A stretch of DNA of 64,000 nt, taken from positions 121,263 through 185,262 of IMG/VR virus record IMGVR_UViG_3300032285_001268. The stretch is one strand, 5' to 3'. Position 1 is the stretch's first letter. Each line of letters opens with the position of its first letter. Below are positions 38,403-48,582 of this stretch, piece after piece. The position numbers and the translations under genes were made by a program. Below the pieces are notes generated by a model that saw only the letters and a list, made by a program, of their open reading frames with translations, was not told the DNA's origin and ran no database searches. Source of the stretch: a virus.

Positions 38403-40166
38403 ATGGTACAACAAGTTATTAACATCGGTAGCGCAGCCAACAACGGAGTGGGAGATCCTCTTCGAGTTGGCGCTGAAAAAATTAATTCAAATTTTACTGA
38501 ATTATATGCTAAACAAGTTCCTCCACAAACAGGAAATGGTGGAAAAGTTTTAACTACCGACGGATCAGTATTGTCCTGGACTGTAATTCCTGGTCTGTCT
38601 GCAATTAACGCAGGCACATTAGTTGGAAATACATTATCGAACACAGTAGTTTCAAGTAGTTTAACCAGCGTAGGTACCTTATCAAACCTAACAGTTACCT
38701 CTCCTATCCAAGGTACTATTGTTGGTAATGCCGGCACTGCTACAAAATTGCAATCTCCAAGAAAAATCAATGGCGTTAATTTTGATGGGTCTCAGGATAT
38801 TGTAATTCCAATTTATTCTGTCGACGCAGGCAGTATCACCGGTACAACATTAGGTTCATCCGTCGTTAACTCTAGTCTAACATCAGTAGGAACACTCTCA
38901 AGTTTAACTACAAGCGGTAATGTAGTCATCGGCGGAAATTTAACAGTTAATGGAACTACTACTACCGTTAGTAATGAAACAGTAACTAACACTGAAACGA
39001 TCACAGGGGCACTAGTAGTTAATGGTACTCTTAGTGGCGCCGGAGTTAGCACATATCTTGCAAGTCCTCCAGCTATTGGTGGAACCACAGCATCTACGAT
39101 CCGCGGTACTACTATTACAGCTACTACAGGTTTTACTGGAAACTTAACTGGAAATGTAACAGGAAATGTAACAGGAACAGTAACAGACGGCGTAGTTACA
39201 ACAGGGTCATATGCAGATCCTGCATGGATTACAAGTATATCTAGTTCAAAAGTAGTTGGATCGGTTACAGCCGCCGCTGGATTATTGACTGGTGCAACGT
39301 TAAATTCGACAGTGGTAACCAGTAGCTTAACTAGTGTAGGCACACTAACCGGATTAACAGTTACTGGATCTATAACTGCAAACACTAATACTAATAATCA
39401 AAGTTATACTACAAACGGAACAGGATCAGTAACGATTACTTCTGGAGCTACTGGTAACATTAATAACATGAATATTGGTGGAACAACAGCGGCACAAGGT
39501 AATTTTACAACACTAGCCGCAAGTTCTACAGTTAGTGGTTTAGGATTTAGTACATATCTAGCAAGCCCGCCAGCTATCGGTGGTACTGCGGCAGCCGCAG
39601 GGACATTTACAGCCCTAACAGGGACATCGTTAACTGCAACAGGCACAATCGCAATCAATACTACTAGTAATAATCAAAGTTATACCACATCAGGAACTGC
39701 TACAATTACTATGACATCTGGCGGTACTGGCTATATTGATAACATAGCAATTGGATTCACTACGGCATCTACTGGAAAATTTACAACATTAGTGGGTACA
39801 ACAAGTGTTTTAACTAGCGGTACTGGCGGTATCGGTTATTCAACTGGCGCGGGTGGATCGGTTGTTCAAGGGACTAGTAGAACGACCAGCGTTACCTTAA
39901 ACAAACCAACAGGCCAAATTACAATGATCAGCGGATCTATACCAGCAAACACTACACAATCATTTGTCTTAACAAATAGTTGCATTAGTTCGACTGATAT
40001 CGTACACGTACAGCATATTTCTGCAGGTACATTAGGATTATATAGCATAACAGCCGCTCCTGGAAACGGATCAGCTACCATTTATTTACGAAATAATACC
40101 GGCTCAGCTACACCAACAGAAGCACCACAGCTTCAATTTGTGGTAGTTAAAGCAGTAACCGCTTAG
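38403..40166 (+). CDS. Tail fibre-like protein, N-terminal paralog of 34180
   Basis: INIG.AANNGVGDPLRVGAEKINSNFTELY; SSLTSVGTL and STYLASPPAIGGT repeats. Confidence 0.75.
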   Translation: MVQQVINIGSAANNGVGDPLRVGAEKINSNFTELYAKQVPPQTGNGGKVLTTDGSVLSWTVIPGLSAINAGTLVGNTLSNTVVSSSLTSVGTLSNLTVTSPIQGTIVGNAGTATKLQSPRKINGVNFDGSQDIVIPIYSVDAGSITGTTLGSSVVNSSLTSVGTLSSLTTSGNVVIGGNLTVNGTTTTVSNETVTNTETITGALVVNGTLSGAGVSTYLASPPAIGGTTASTIRGTTITATTGFTGNLTGNVTGNVTGTVTDGVVTTGSYADPAWITSISSSKVVGSVTAAAGLLTGATLNSTVVTSSLTSVGTLTGLTVTGSITANTNTNNQSYTTNGTGSVTITSGATGNINNMNIGGTTAAQGNFTTLAASSTVSGLGFSTYLASPPAIGGTAAAAGTFTALTGTSLTATGTIAINTTSNNQSYTTSGTATITMTSGGTGYIDNIAIGFTTASTGKFTTLVGTTSVLTSGTGGIGYSTGAGGSVVQGTSRTTSVTLNKPTGQITMISGSIPANTTQSFVLTNSCISSTDIVHVQHISAGTLGLYSITAAPGNGSATIYLRNNTGSATPTEAPQLQFVVVKAVTA

Positions 40167-40190
40167 TAAAACTAGCAGTTAATAAGTTTA

Positions 40191-40198
40191 GATAAATA
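40191..40198 (+). promoter_or_regulatory. Late promoter GATAAATA
   Basis: 20 nt upstream of ATG 40219. Confidence 0.65.
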
Positions 40199-40218
40199 TT
40201 AGATAAAGAGAGTTTAAT

Positions 40219-40824
40219 ATGCAGAGTAAAGATACAACTGGAGTTCATATTGAAGGACACATTAAGATTTGGAATCCCGAATCTCAAGAAGTGTTTGTAG
40301 ATAAAAGAAACGCCATCCATTATGAAAATATCAGCGTTGCATTAGCATCAAGTATTGCTAATAGCGGTGAAGGACATATCTATCAAATGTCATTTGGTAA
40401 CGGCGGAACCGCAGTTGATCCGACAGGTATTATTACATATCTTACGCCTAACAGCACCGGCACTAATGCAAGTCTTTACAATGAAACATTTTATAAAGTT
40501 GTAGATGGAAATTCAAGTAATAATACAGATCCTACAAGAAACTATATTGAAGTGAGACACTTAACAGGGACGAACTATACAGATGTATTTGTTACCTGTT
40601 TATTAGACTATGGTGAACCTTCAAATCAGAACGCATTTGATACTGGATCTAATTCAAGTGCATATATTTTTGATGAACTTGGACTTAAGAGTTATAGTTC
40701 TACTGGACACAGTTTATTATTAACACATGTGATATTTCATCCTGTGCAAAAAAGTTTAAATCGTTTAATTCAAATCGATTATACTGTGCGAATTCAAAGC
40801 CTTACCGGCCTAGTGGGAGTCTAA
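40219..40824 (+). CDS. Virion structural protein (baseplate/fibre attachment-like)
   Basis: 201 aa; FGNGGT, CLLDYGEP, FDELGL, THVIFHPVQKSLNRLIQIDYTVRI; late promoter and structural context. Confidence 0.55.
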   Translation: MQSKDTTGVHIEGHIKIWNPESQEVFVDKRNAIHYENISVALASSIANSGEGHIYQMSFGNGGTAVDPTGIITYLTPNSTGTNASLYNETFYKVVDGNSSNNTDPTRNYIEVRHLTGTNYTDVFVTCLLDYGEPSNQNAFDTGSNSSAYIFDELGLKSYSSTGHSLLLTHVIFHPVQKSLNRLIQIDYTVRIQSLTGLVGV

Positions 40825-40827
40825 TAA

Positions 40828-43011
40828 ATGACGTACCAAGTTACATTTACAGATTCTTCGAACCCAACAAAAGTTCCTATTAAAGTTTTAGATCAACAGC
40901 TGAATACTGATACCAGTTTGGCATTTGTTGGACAAAATTATCCGGGATATGCAAAACCGATAGCTGAAGATTTATTACATCTTCTAGAAAATTTTGCAAG
41001 CCCTCAGTCGTCGGCAAACGTTCCTGCCAGCGTTGCACTATCAAATCCAGTGCAAGGACAGTTATGGTATAATACAACGTCAAATACGCTACTGGTATAT
41101 GATGGCACTACATGGACTCCTGCAGGTTCGTTGAAGAAAGGCAGCTCACGCCCATCAGTAGCTAATAGCTTACCTGGCGATTTATGGGCAGACACAGTTA
41201 ATCAACAGTTGTATATTTTCTCGGGATCAAACTGGTTATTAGTCGGCCCGCAGTTTAGTGCAGGAACTTTAACAGGTCCTCAAGTAGAAACTATTACAGA
41301 TACAACTAACACTGACCATTCAGTAGTTACATTATATTCAAATAACAATAGAATTGCAATTATAAGCAAAGAATCTTTTTCACCAAAGAGTGTTATTACA
41401 GGATTCAACAGTATCAAACAAGGTATCACTTTAACCTCTGTAGGTTCTACTGATACAACAAATCCAACTAGATTTAACGGGACAGCAACATCTGCAGACG
41501 GACTACTGGTTAACGGATCAACAGTGCCTGCCGCAAGTTTCTTGCGCGGAGATGCATTGAGTATTGGAAACTTTCCATTAAACATACGTTCAGATGGTGG
41601 TATAACTGTAGGTAGTAACCTAAGTTTTAACATTGGTACAACTGGTAATTCAACAATTCTCTATAATAAAGTTAGTGGATCTCCGATACAATTTAACTTG
41701 ATTAATAATGGACTTACTTCTACTGCATTATATATTGATGCAACTAATAAAGTTGGTATAGGTTATAACAATACTAATATTTCTACAGTATTAGATGTTA
41801 AAGGATCTTTAAAAATCAAAGATGATTCTGATAATAGCATTGCTGGCCAACTAATTATTACTGGAACAAATGATGTTAATGCAATTGGTGGTGCTAGTAT
41901 TAGCACTACAGGCGGAGCAACTATTGCCAAGGGATTAGCAGTCGACGGCGATATCTCTGCTAAAGGATTATTGCATTTTACTAGTGTTGATACTAACGGT
42001 AATCAAGTTGCTGGATCAGTAATGTTACCGTCGTCGGATGCTGCCGCAGGATTATATGATATCGGTACATCTGCTAGACCTTTTAGAAATATCTATGCCA
42101 ACTCGTTTGTGGGAAGATTTAACGGTGACGTTATTGGTAATATTACAGGACAGATTAGCGGATCTGCTTCAAAGCTAGCAAGTCCTACAGTTTTTAGTTT
42201 AACAGGTGACGTTACTAGTAATTCAATCAGCTTTGACGGACAAACTGAAACAGGTACTGTAATTTTTAATACCTTAATTAACCAGGGTATCATAACATCA
42301 AAAACCTCAGCTACTGATTCAGTACCTGCAGACACCCTATTAGTTTATAGACCCAATGTTGGTTTATTGCAGATGACTAAACAAATATTGTTTAATCATA
42401 TAGCAACTATCCCAGCAGGCGCAATATTTCCTTATGCTGGTAACAATGTTCCAGCGGGATATCTGCTTTGCGATGGAAGTGAAGTTTTAATTAGTGACTA
42501 TCCGTTATTGTTTAGTGTGATTAATTATCTATATAGACCTCAAGGATTGCTCATTGGTTATCAAACATTTGCACTCCCCGACTTGCGCGGAAGATTCCCG
42601 TTAGGTCGAGACGACATGTCTAATGGTGGCACTGTGCCGTCGAGTGACGGATCAGGTACATTAGTTAGTGCAGGAGGCGGACAAGCTAGTCGCGTATCTC
42701 AAGTTACTGCTAGAACTACTGGCGGAGCTTCTGGAACACAGTCAATTACTGTTAGCCAAACAAACTTACCAGACCACCAACATACATTAAGCGATTCAAG
42801 CGGACAATACTACACAATGCCTGGTAATCAATCTACTGGCGCAAGTGATACAAATGCATCTGCTAATATACAAGTTAGTACTTCAACAGCAACAGCATAC
42901 GGTTTAGGTAGAACTGGTAGTGTTACAGGAGTAAGTCAATTGGGTGCAAGCATTGAAACTATGAATCCTTACCAAACAATTAACTATATTATCTTTACTG
43001 GTGTGATATAA
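40828..43011 (+). CDS. Tail fibre with tail-collar domain
   Basis: IPAGAIFPYAG..VPAGYLLCDGSEV...YPLLFSVI...FALPDLRGRFPLG and C-terminal PYQTINYII; shared LLENFA/GQLW N-terminus. Confidence 0.85.
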   Translation: MTYQVTFTDSSNPTKVPIKVLDQQLNTDTSLAFVGQNYPGYAKPIAEDLLHLLENFASPQSSANVPASVALSNPVQGQLWYNTTSNTLLVYDGTTWTPAGSLKKGSSRPSVANSLPGDLWADTVNQQLYIFSGSNWLLVGPQFSAGTLTGPQVETITDTTNTDHSVVTLYSNNNRIAIISKESFSPKSVITGFNSIKQGITLTSVGSTDTTNPTRFNGTATSADGLLVNGSTVPAASFLRGDALSIGNFPLNIRSDGGITVGSNLSFNIGTTGNSTILYNKVSGSPIQFNLINNGLTSTALYIDATNKVGIGYNNTNISTVLDVKGSLKIKDDSDNSIAGQLIITGTNDVNAIGGASISTTGGATIAKGLAVDGDISAKGLLHFTSVDTNGNQVAGSVMLPSSDAAAGLYDIGTSARPFRNIYANSFVGRFNGDVIGNITGQISGSASKLASPTVFSLTGDVTSNSISFDGQTETGTVIFNTLINQGIITSKTSATDSVPADTLLVYRPNVGLLQMTKQILFNHIATIPAGAIFPYAGNNVPAGYLLCDGSEVLISDYPLLFSVINYLYRPQGLLIGYQTFALPDLRGRFPLGRDDMSNGGTVPSSDGSGTLVSAGGGQASRVSQVTARTTGGASGTQSITVSQTNLPDHQHTLSDSSGQYYTMPGNQSTGASDTNASANIQVSTSTATAYGLGRTGSVTGVSQLGASIETMNPYQTINYIIFTGVI

Positions 43012-44663
43012 TGAGCGCATATACAATTTTAAGAACGAATGGGTCAAAGTTTATTGACATTAATGACGGTGCAATCGACCAAACTTCTAGCGACATTACA
43101 TTAATAGGTAAGAACACTAGCGGATATGGTCTTTATATAAACGATAACTTTTTTCATCTATTAGAAAACTTTGCAAATAGCACACAACCGACCCAACCGC
43201 AAACTGGACAGTTATGGTTTGATACTAGTGAAAATAGATTAAAAGTCTATGATGGTATTACTTTTAAAGTTAGTGGCGGTACTATTGTATCAAACACTCC
43301 CCCTAGTAGCTTGACCACAGGCGATATCTGGTTAGATAACAAGCGCCAACAGATGTATTTTAATGACGGTAATTCCACAAAACTAGCCGGACCGATTTAC
43401 ACAGCAGATCAAGGCCAATCGGGTTTTGTTGTCGGTGATATAGTTGACGTAAACAGCGGAAATCATACTGTAGTATACCTTTATGTATCTAGGGTACTAA
43501 TGGGAATTTTTAGTAAAGATGCATTTACTCCTGCAACTACTATTGCAGGGTTTAGTGGAAACATTAGTGTAGGGTTTAATGCATCTTCATACGCCGGAGT
43601 TGCTTTTAATGTATTAACTTCTAAAGCATCGGCGTTACAAGGTGCAGATGGCAGTCTTAAAACCGCAGAAAATTTTGTTTCAACTACAGATAATTCCTCA
43701 ACAACTGGCACGCTAACAATTCAAAATAGTATTCCGTTAACACTTGGAGTTAATTCTAACTTCGATATTAATGTGGGATTGACTGGAAACTTATTCAATA
43801 TTAAATCTAACATTTTAAATCAAAACTTTGAAGTTAGTTTGTTGAATGGAACAGGACTATTGCCTAGTTTGTATATTGATTCAACGACTCAGCACGTTGG
43901 AATATATACCAATACCCCACAAGCTACTCTAGATGTTAACGGAAATGTATTAATTGAAGGTAACTTAACAGTTAACGGATCAACAACTACGGTTAATTCA
44001 ACCACTGTTAATATTTTAGATAAAGTTATTGTATTAGGTGAAACAGCATCACCAACAGACACCACAGCTGAAGGCGGCGGAATCCAGCTAGCGGGCACTA
44101 CTACTAAGTCAATAACTTGGAACGGAAATTCAACTGCTTGGTCTAGCACTGAAAATTTTAACTTACTTACAGGTAAAACTTATAAAATTAATGGTTTTGA
44201 TGTTGTAACTGGTAATAGTTTAGGTTCTGTTATTACCAGCGCCCCTGGATTAACTAGCGTTGGTTCATTAACATCTTTAACAGTTAGTAATTTAAGTATT
44301 AATAACGGTACAATTAGTTTCAGTAATGTTGTACAAACTAACGGCGATATTATCTTATTACCAAAAGGGTCTGGATCAGTTAGCGTAAGTTCTAAAAATA
44401 TCATAGATGTGGCTGCTCCAGTTAGTCAAACTGACGCGGCCAATAAATTATATGTCGATCAAAGCATACAGGCAGCCCCGCTAGGAATTAGTCTAACTAC
44501 CCTTGGATTAACAAATACACAGATTGCATCACAGCTTTTAACTACAATTTTTCCTCCGGCAGAACATCAAAATAACACAGTTTGTAGAGTCCAATGTAGC
44601 GATTTGACTATTAGATTGTTCTTGTTAGTTAGCGGAGCATGGCAGTACCAAAACAATCTATAA
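43011..44663 (+). CDS. Tail fibre-like protein (LLENFA/GQLWFD N-terminal paralog)
   Basis: N-terminal ~200 aa aligns by eye with 40828 and 44705; PQATLDVNG and DAANKLYVD fibre motifs. Confidence 0.7.
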   Translation: MSAYTILRTNGSKFIDINDGAIDQTSSDITLIGKNTSGYGLYINDNFFHLLENFANSTQPTQPQTGQLWFDTSENRLKVYDGITFKVSGGTIVSNTPPSSLTTGDIWLDNKRQQMYFNDGNSTKLAGPIYTADQGQSGFVVGDIVDVNSGNHTVVYLYVSRVLMGIFSKDAFTPATTIAGFSGNISVGFNASSYAGVAFNVLTSKASALQGADGSLKTAENFVSTTDNSSTTGTLTIQNSIPLTLGVNSNFDINVGLTGNLFNIKSNILNQNFEVSLLNGTGLLPSLYIDSTTQHVGIYTNTPQATLDVNGNVLIEGNLTVNGSTTTVNSTTVNILDKVIVLGETASPTDTTAEGGGIQLAGTTTKSITWNGNSTAWSSTENFNLLTGKTYKINGFDVVTGNSLGSVITSAPGLTSVGSLTSLTVSNLSINNGTISFSNVVQTNGDIILLPKGSGSVSVSSKNIIDVAAPVSQTDAANKLYVDQSIQAAPLGISLTTLGLTNTQIASQLLTTIFPPAEHQNNTVCRVQCSDLTIRLFLLVSGAWQYQNNL

Positions 44664-44672
44664 CTAAAATAG

Positions 44673-44680
44673 CATAAATA
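44673..44680 (+). promoter_or_regulatory. Late promoter CATAAATA
   Basis: 24 nt upstream of ATG 44705, with AAGGA between. Confidence 0.6.
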
Positions 44681-44704
44681 TACAGAGTAAAAGGAACAGG
44701 ATCG

Positions 44705-46180
44705 ATGTCATACACAATCAATCGCTACAATGGAACGTTAATCACAGCCGTCGCAGACGGTACAGTTGATGCAACGCTTGATCTAAAATTAATCGGCAAA
44801 AACTATGCTGGATACGGCGCAATTCAGAACGAAAATTTTGTATATTTGCTAGAAAATTTTGCTAACAGCATACAGCCACCGCGCCCAATTCAAGGGCAAA
44901 TTTGGTTCGATACCGGCAATAATAAATTAAAATTCTACGACGGGACTAAATTTCGTTCAGCTGGAGGATCGGAAACTAGTGCAACAGCGCCATCGGGATT
45001 AACTACTGGCGATTTCTGGTTTGATAATGTAAACCAACAACTATATGCATACAACGGATCTACTTTTACTTTAATTGGTCCACAAGCAGTATCTGGTTCT
45101 GGTACAACACAGATGCGATCTGTAAGTCTTGTCGACACTAATGGAGCATCTCATGCTGTAATCGAAGCAGTTGATAACGGACAAATTGTCTTTGTCATCA
45201 GTTCAGACGGCGAATTTACATTAGATACTACGATCAATCCTATTACTGGTTTTACTAAAATACATCAAGGCGTTACACTAGTTAATACTAACAATGATAG
45301 TCAACCAGGTATTACTTCAACTAGTCACAGATTCTGGGGAACTGCTACAAACGCAGAAAAACTAGGTGGCTTACCAGCTAGCAACTTTGTACAATCAGGA
45401 AGTGCAAACTTTAATGCGCAAGTTAACTTTGGTGATCCTGGTTTTACTGTAGGTAATCCGGTTGCTCGTTTAGCAGTTTATAATTCTGGAGCACTAACTC
45501 CAACAATTCAGAATCAAATTAACGATACAATTCAATTCCAGACAACTGTATCTTCTACAACAAAAACACCATTGAAACTTGTTGGCAACGATGTGGTTCC
45601 TGGATTTACTTTAACAAGCAACCTAGGCACATCTGCATTGTTATGGAATAACGTATATGCTAACTATGTATATTCAACTGTAGCAAAGGCAGATACACTA
45701 AGCGTTGGCGGCAATTATGTCTCTGCTAGTTTGTTATCAACACCTAGCTCAATCGCCGCACGTGATTCTAGTGGTAATTTAACAGCCGCTAACTTTAATG
45801 GTACAGCTACTTCCGCTTATTATGCTGACTTAGCTGAAAAATATCTACCAGATGCAGATTATGAAGTTGGAACAGTAATGATGATCGGTGGCGAAAAAGA
45901 AGTAACAGCCGCCGGATTTGGATCATTCCCAATTGGTGTGATTAGTGATAAGCCTGCGTTCAAGATGAATGAAGGCCTAGTAGGCGGTGTATATGTTGCT
46001 TTAAAAGGACGAGTTCCTGTTAAAGTTATTGGACCAGTTGCTAAAGGTGATCAAATGATGGCATCGGGTAGCGGATATGCAAGAAGTGATGCCACTCAAT
46101 GCGGAAATAGAATTTTTGCTATTGCACTAGAAGATAACAGCGACGAAGGCGTCAAAACAGTTGAATGCCTAGTTTTATAA
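44705..46180 (+). CDS. Tail fibre-like protein with possible C-terminal intramolecular chaperone (peptidase G2-like) domain
   Basis: Third LLENFA paralog; C-terminus YADLAEKY..DADYEVGTVM...GVISDKP...VALKGRVPVKV. Confidence 0.65.
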   Translation: MSYTINRYNGTLITAVADGTVDATLDLKLIGKNYAGYGAIQNENFVYLLENFANSIQPPRPIQGQIWFDTGNNKLKFYDGTKFRSAGGSETSATAPSGLTTGDFWFDNVNQQLYAYNGSTFTLIGPQAVSGSGTTQMRSVSLVDTNGASHAVIEAVDNGQIVFVISSDGEFTLDTTINPITGFTKIHQGVTLVNTNNDSQPGITSTSHRFWGTATNAEKLGGLPASNFVQSGSANFNAQVNFGDPGFTVGNPVARLAVYNSGALTPTIQNQINDTIQFQTTVSSTTKTPLKLVGNDVVPGFTLTSNLGTSALLWNNVYANYVYSTVAKADTLSVGGNYVSASLLSTPSSIAARDSSGNLTAANFNGTATSAYYADLAEKYLPDADYEVGTVMMIGGEKEVTAAGFGSFPIGVISDKPAFKMNEGLVGGVYVALKGRVPVKVIGPVAKGDQMMASGSGYARSDATQCGNRIFAIALEDNSDEGVKTVECLVL

Positions 46181-46181
46181 T

Positions 46182-46189
46182 AATAAATA
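46182..46189 (+). promoter_or_regulatory. Late promoter AATAAATA
   Basis: 26 nt upstream of ATG 46216, with AAGGA between. Confidence 0.6.
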
Positions 46190-46215
46190 TCACGCACAGA
46201 TAATAAGGAAACCCC

Positions 46216-47325
46216 ATGGCAGGACAAGGTACATCAGTATTAGCATTGGATTATAATAATATTCAAACTAAAATTCAAAATATTTTAGGTACCGGTGCCT
46301 CCACCACAGGGTACGGACAGTTTGTCAGCAGTAGTCAAGTTCCGTCTACAAGAACAATTATTAGTGCAACACAGTGGTCAAATTTAAGAACAGATTTGAT
46401 CAATGCTAGAACACACCAAACAGGCGTTAACGAGCAGGGGAACTTAACAGACCCGGCTCCTACTTGCTATTTTGCAGGAACACTTGTGGGTAACGTACTA
46501 ACAGTTACAACGGTAACATCGGGAACAATCCAAGTTGGACAACGAATTTCTGGAACAAGTGTGCCAGCTAACACGGCTGTTATTGGTTTAGGTAGTGGTG
46601 CTGGCGGCGTAGGAACTTATACTGTTAATACTACAACTGCTAATCTTAATGTAACAGTTTCTCTAAGAGCAGTTATGCCTGTAAAAATTACAGAAGCAGA
46701 CCGCGCGGCATACAATGCTTATGCTGACACTATTACAACATTTAAATTAATTACGCCTCCTTCATCGCAAGGCACGCTTGAAACATATTCAACATCTGTT
46801 CGAACAACGGCTTGGAACGCTACAGTTACTAATACAGTTATTTTAACATTTACTGACTCCAATGCGGCTCGTTATTTCTTTAACACTGGCGGAAATATCC
46901 AATTTTCAGCAGCCATGACGCCCGATGTTGCAAACTTAAAAAATACTTCTTGGCAAACTATGTTAACTAACATGGGTTCGATTATTATGAATTATAATAC
47001 CACAGTTGTTACAGGTTCTGGAACAGCATCTGGCGGTATTGGTTTTTATCAATTAAACACTAGCCAACAGCTATTATTCCAAAAGCTCACTGAAGAACCA
47101 ACATACACGCCAAACCAGTATGATGTTTACGCATCAGTTAACGCTGGCGGAAATATTATCACATTTAGTATTCAATTTTCAGATCTGGCAACTACTTCGG
47201 GACACGGTAGTTACGGCGTCGACGAAAACGTAACAGGCACACTAGTAAGTACAGTGCGTGGTTATAGAGCAACTGGAGCTTATGTCCAAGTTTCGGCTCC
47301 AACAGTTGCAAGTTCAGGACCTTAA
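46216..47325 (+). CDS. Probable virion structural protein (Thr/Gly-rich, beta-rich)
   Basis: 369 aa, own late promoter, last gene of the fibre cluster. Confidence 0.55.
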   Translation: MAGQGTSVLALDYNNIQTKIQNILGTGASTTGYGQFVSSSQVPSTRTIISATQWSNLRTDLINARTHQTGVNEQGNLTDPAPTCYFAGTLVGNVLTVTTVTSGTIQVGQRISGTSVPANTAVIGLGSGAGGVGTYTVNTTTANLNVTVSLRAVMPVKITEADRAAYNAYADTITTFKLITPPSSQGTLETYSTSVRTTAWNATVTNTVILTFTDSNAARYFFNTGGNIQFSAAMTPDVANLKNTSWQTMLTNMGSIIMNYNTTVVTGSGTASGGIGFYQLNTSQQLLFQKLTEEPTYTPNQYDVYASVNAGGNIITFSIQFSDLATTSGHGSYGVDENVTGTLVSTVRGYRATGAYVQVSAPTVASSGP

Positions 47326-47337
47326 TCCCCTAAACTC

Positions 47338-47366
47338 TTGACAAGCTAATTACTGTAGTGTATCAT
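47338..47366 (+). promoter_or_regulatory. sigma70-type promoter TTGACA-17-TATCAT, overlapped by the inverted repeat GTAGTGTA-N6-TACACTAC (47355-47376)
   Basis: Read directly; GGAG ribosome-binding site and ATG 47387 follow. Confidence 0.7.
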
Positions 47367-47386
47367 CGTACACTACGGAGTTATCT

Positions 47387-47737
47387 ATGGACGAAAGAGT
47401 TGAAAAAGCCTTTGCCGTTGCTAATTATATGGCAACGCTATCTAATCAAAGAAGAATCATTTTAGAAGAGTTTAACCAAAAAGTAATTTATTATTTTGGC
47501 GGAGCAACTTTTAAAATCACACCCGAGTTAATAAATCTTGCCAAAACAGCAATTGATTTAGGCCACGAAACAAACGTGCCTTTTTTAGATTCGAATAATT
47601 TTCCTGTAATTATTCCTGATGTTCAAGAATTTTTTAATAGTATTGTTTCTATATACTTCGAATCATTAAACGAATACTCGGCCAAGTTTGCAGAAATAAA
47701 GAGCAAGCGAAAAATATCAGACATGGTTGAACTATGA
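47387..47737 (+). CDS. Hypothetical protein
   Basis: 116 aa with RBS; overlaps the next start (ATGA). Confidence 0.75.
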   Translation: MDERVEKAFAVANYMATLSNQRRIILEEFNQKVIYYFGGATFKITPELINLAKTAIDLGHETNVPFLDSNNFPVIIPDVQEFFNSIVSIYFESLNEYSAKFAEIKSKRKISDMVEL

Positions 47738-48582
47738 CGACAGGAGCAATTATTTTTGCTCAAAACAATACAACCATTGATTATGTTAAGATGGCTGTTT
47801 TTGCTGCCGAACGAATTAGAAAATATTTAGACATTCCGGTAAGCATTATTACAGATAGCGGCGATTGGTTAGCCAAGGCATATCCTGCTCATACATTTGA
47901 TAAAGTTATCCCAATACCGGTTGCTAAGTATACTCAATCTAAACCTTTCAGGGACGGGGCACTTGCCTATAAAATGCTAGACTGGAGGAATCAGTCTCGG
48001 CATATGATTTATGATCTCACTCCCTATGATCGAACTATAGTATTTGATAGTGATTACATTATCAATTCTTCGTTGTTAAAATCAGCAATTGATAACGATC
48101 ACGACTTCCAGATATATAGAAAAAGTTTTTCTCTCGCACCAGATGTTCCCAGATCTGAATTTGAAAGATTAAATCAATATAGTATTCCGTTTTACTGGGC
48201 TACTGTTTTTGTTTTTAATAAAACGCCAGTCAACAGTGCATTTTTTGATCTAGTATCTTATGTAAAAGAAAACTATACGTATTTTAGAGTATTATATAAT
48301 ATCGAATCTACAACGTTTAGAAATGACTTGGCTTTTAGTATTGCTATTAATATCATGAACGGTAAAACGGAAGGTGAATTTGCAACACCATTACCCGGTT
48401 CTATGATATATGCAACAGATAAAGATTTGTTATTAGATATTAAAGATGACAAAATGAAATTTTTAGTCGAGAAGGCAGGCTATATTGGTGAATACTATGC
48501 AACAAAAACATCAGGTGTTGATGTCCACGTAATGAATAAATTTAGTCTAACACGATACATCGATGGAGTCATGAATGTCTAA
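47734..48582 (+). CDS. GT-A fold glycosyltransferase-like protein
   Basis: LTPYDRTIVFDSDY (DxD), WATVFVF, RNDLAFSIA. Confidence 0.6.
   Translation: MTTGAIIFAQNNTTIDYVKMAVFAAERIRKYLDIPVSIITDSGDWLAKAYPAHTFDKVIPIPVAKYTQSKPFRDGALAYKMLDWRNQSRHMIYDLTPYDRTIVFDSDYIINSSLLKSAIDNDHDFQIYRKSFSLAPDVPRSEFERLNQYSIPFYWATVFVFNKTPVNSAFFDLVSYVKENYTYFRVLYNIESTTFRNDLAFSIAINIMNGKTEGEFATPLPGSMIYATDKDLLLDIKDDKMKFLVEKAGYIGEYYATKTSGVDVHVMNKFSLTRYIDGVMNV

Noticed and set aside
34380-39600. Repeats as a CRISPR array, guide array or DGR template/variable pair
   Set aside because: They are in-frame protein repeats varying mostly at third positions, with no fixed repeat-spacer period, no adenine-specific mismatches and no reverse transcriptase or cas gene.
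34359-39658. Long minus-strand Val/Pro-rich ORFs (34359, 35085, 35529, 35841, 38342, 38813, 39404)
   Set aside because: Expected mirror frames of Thr/Gly/Asn-rich fibre repeats.
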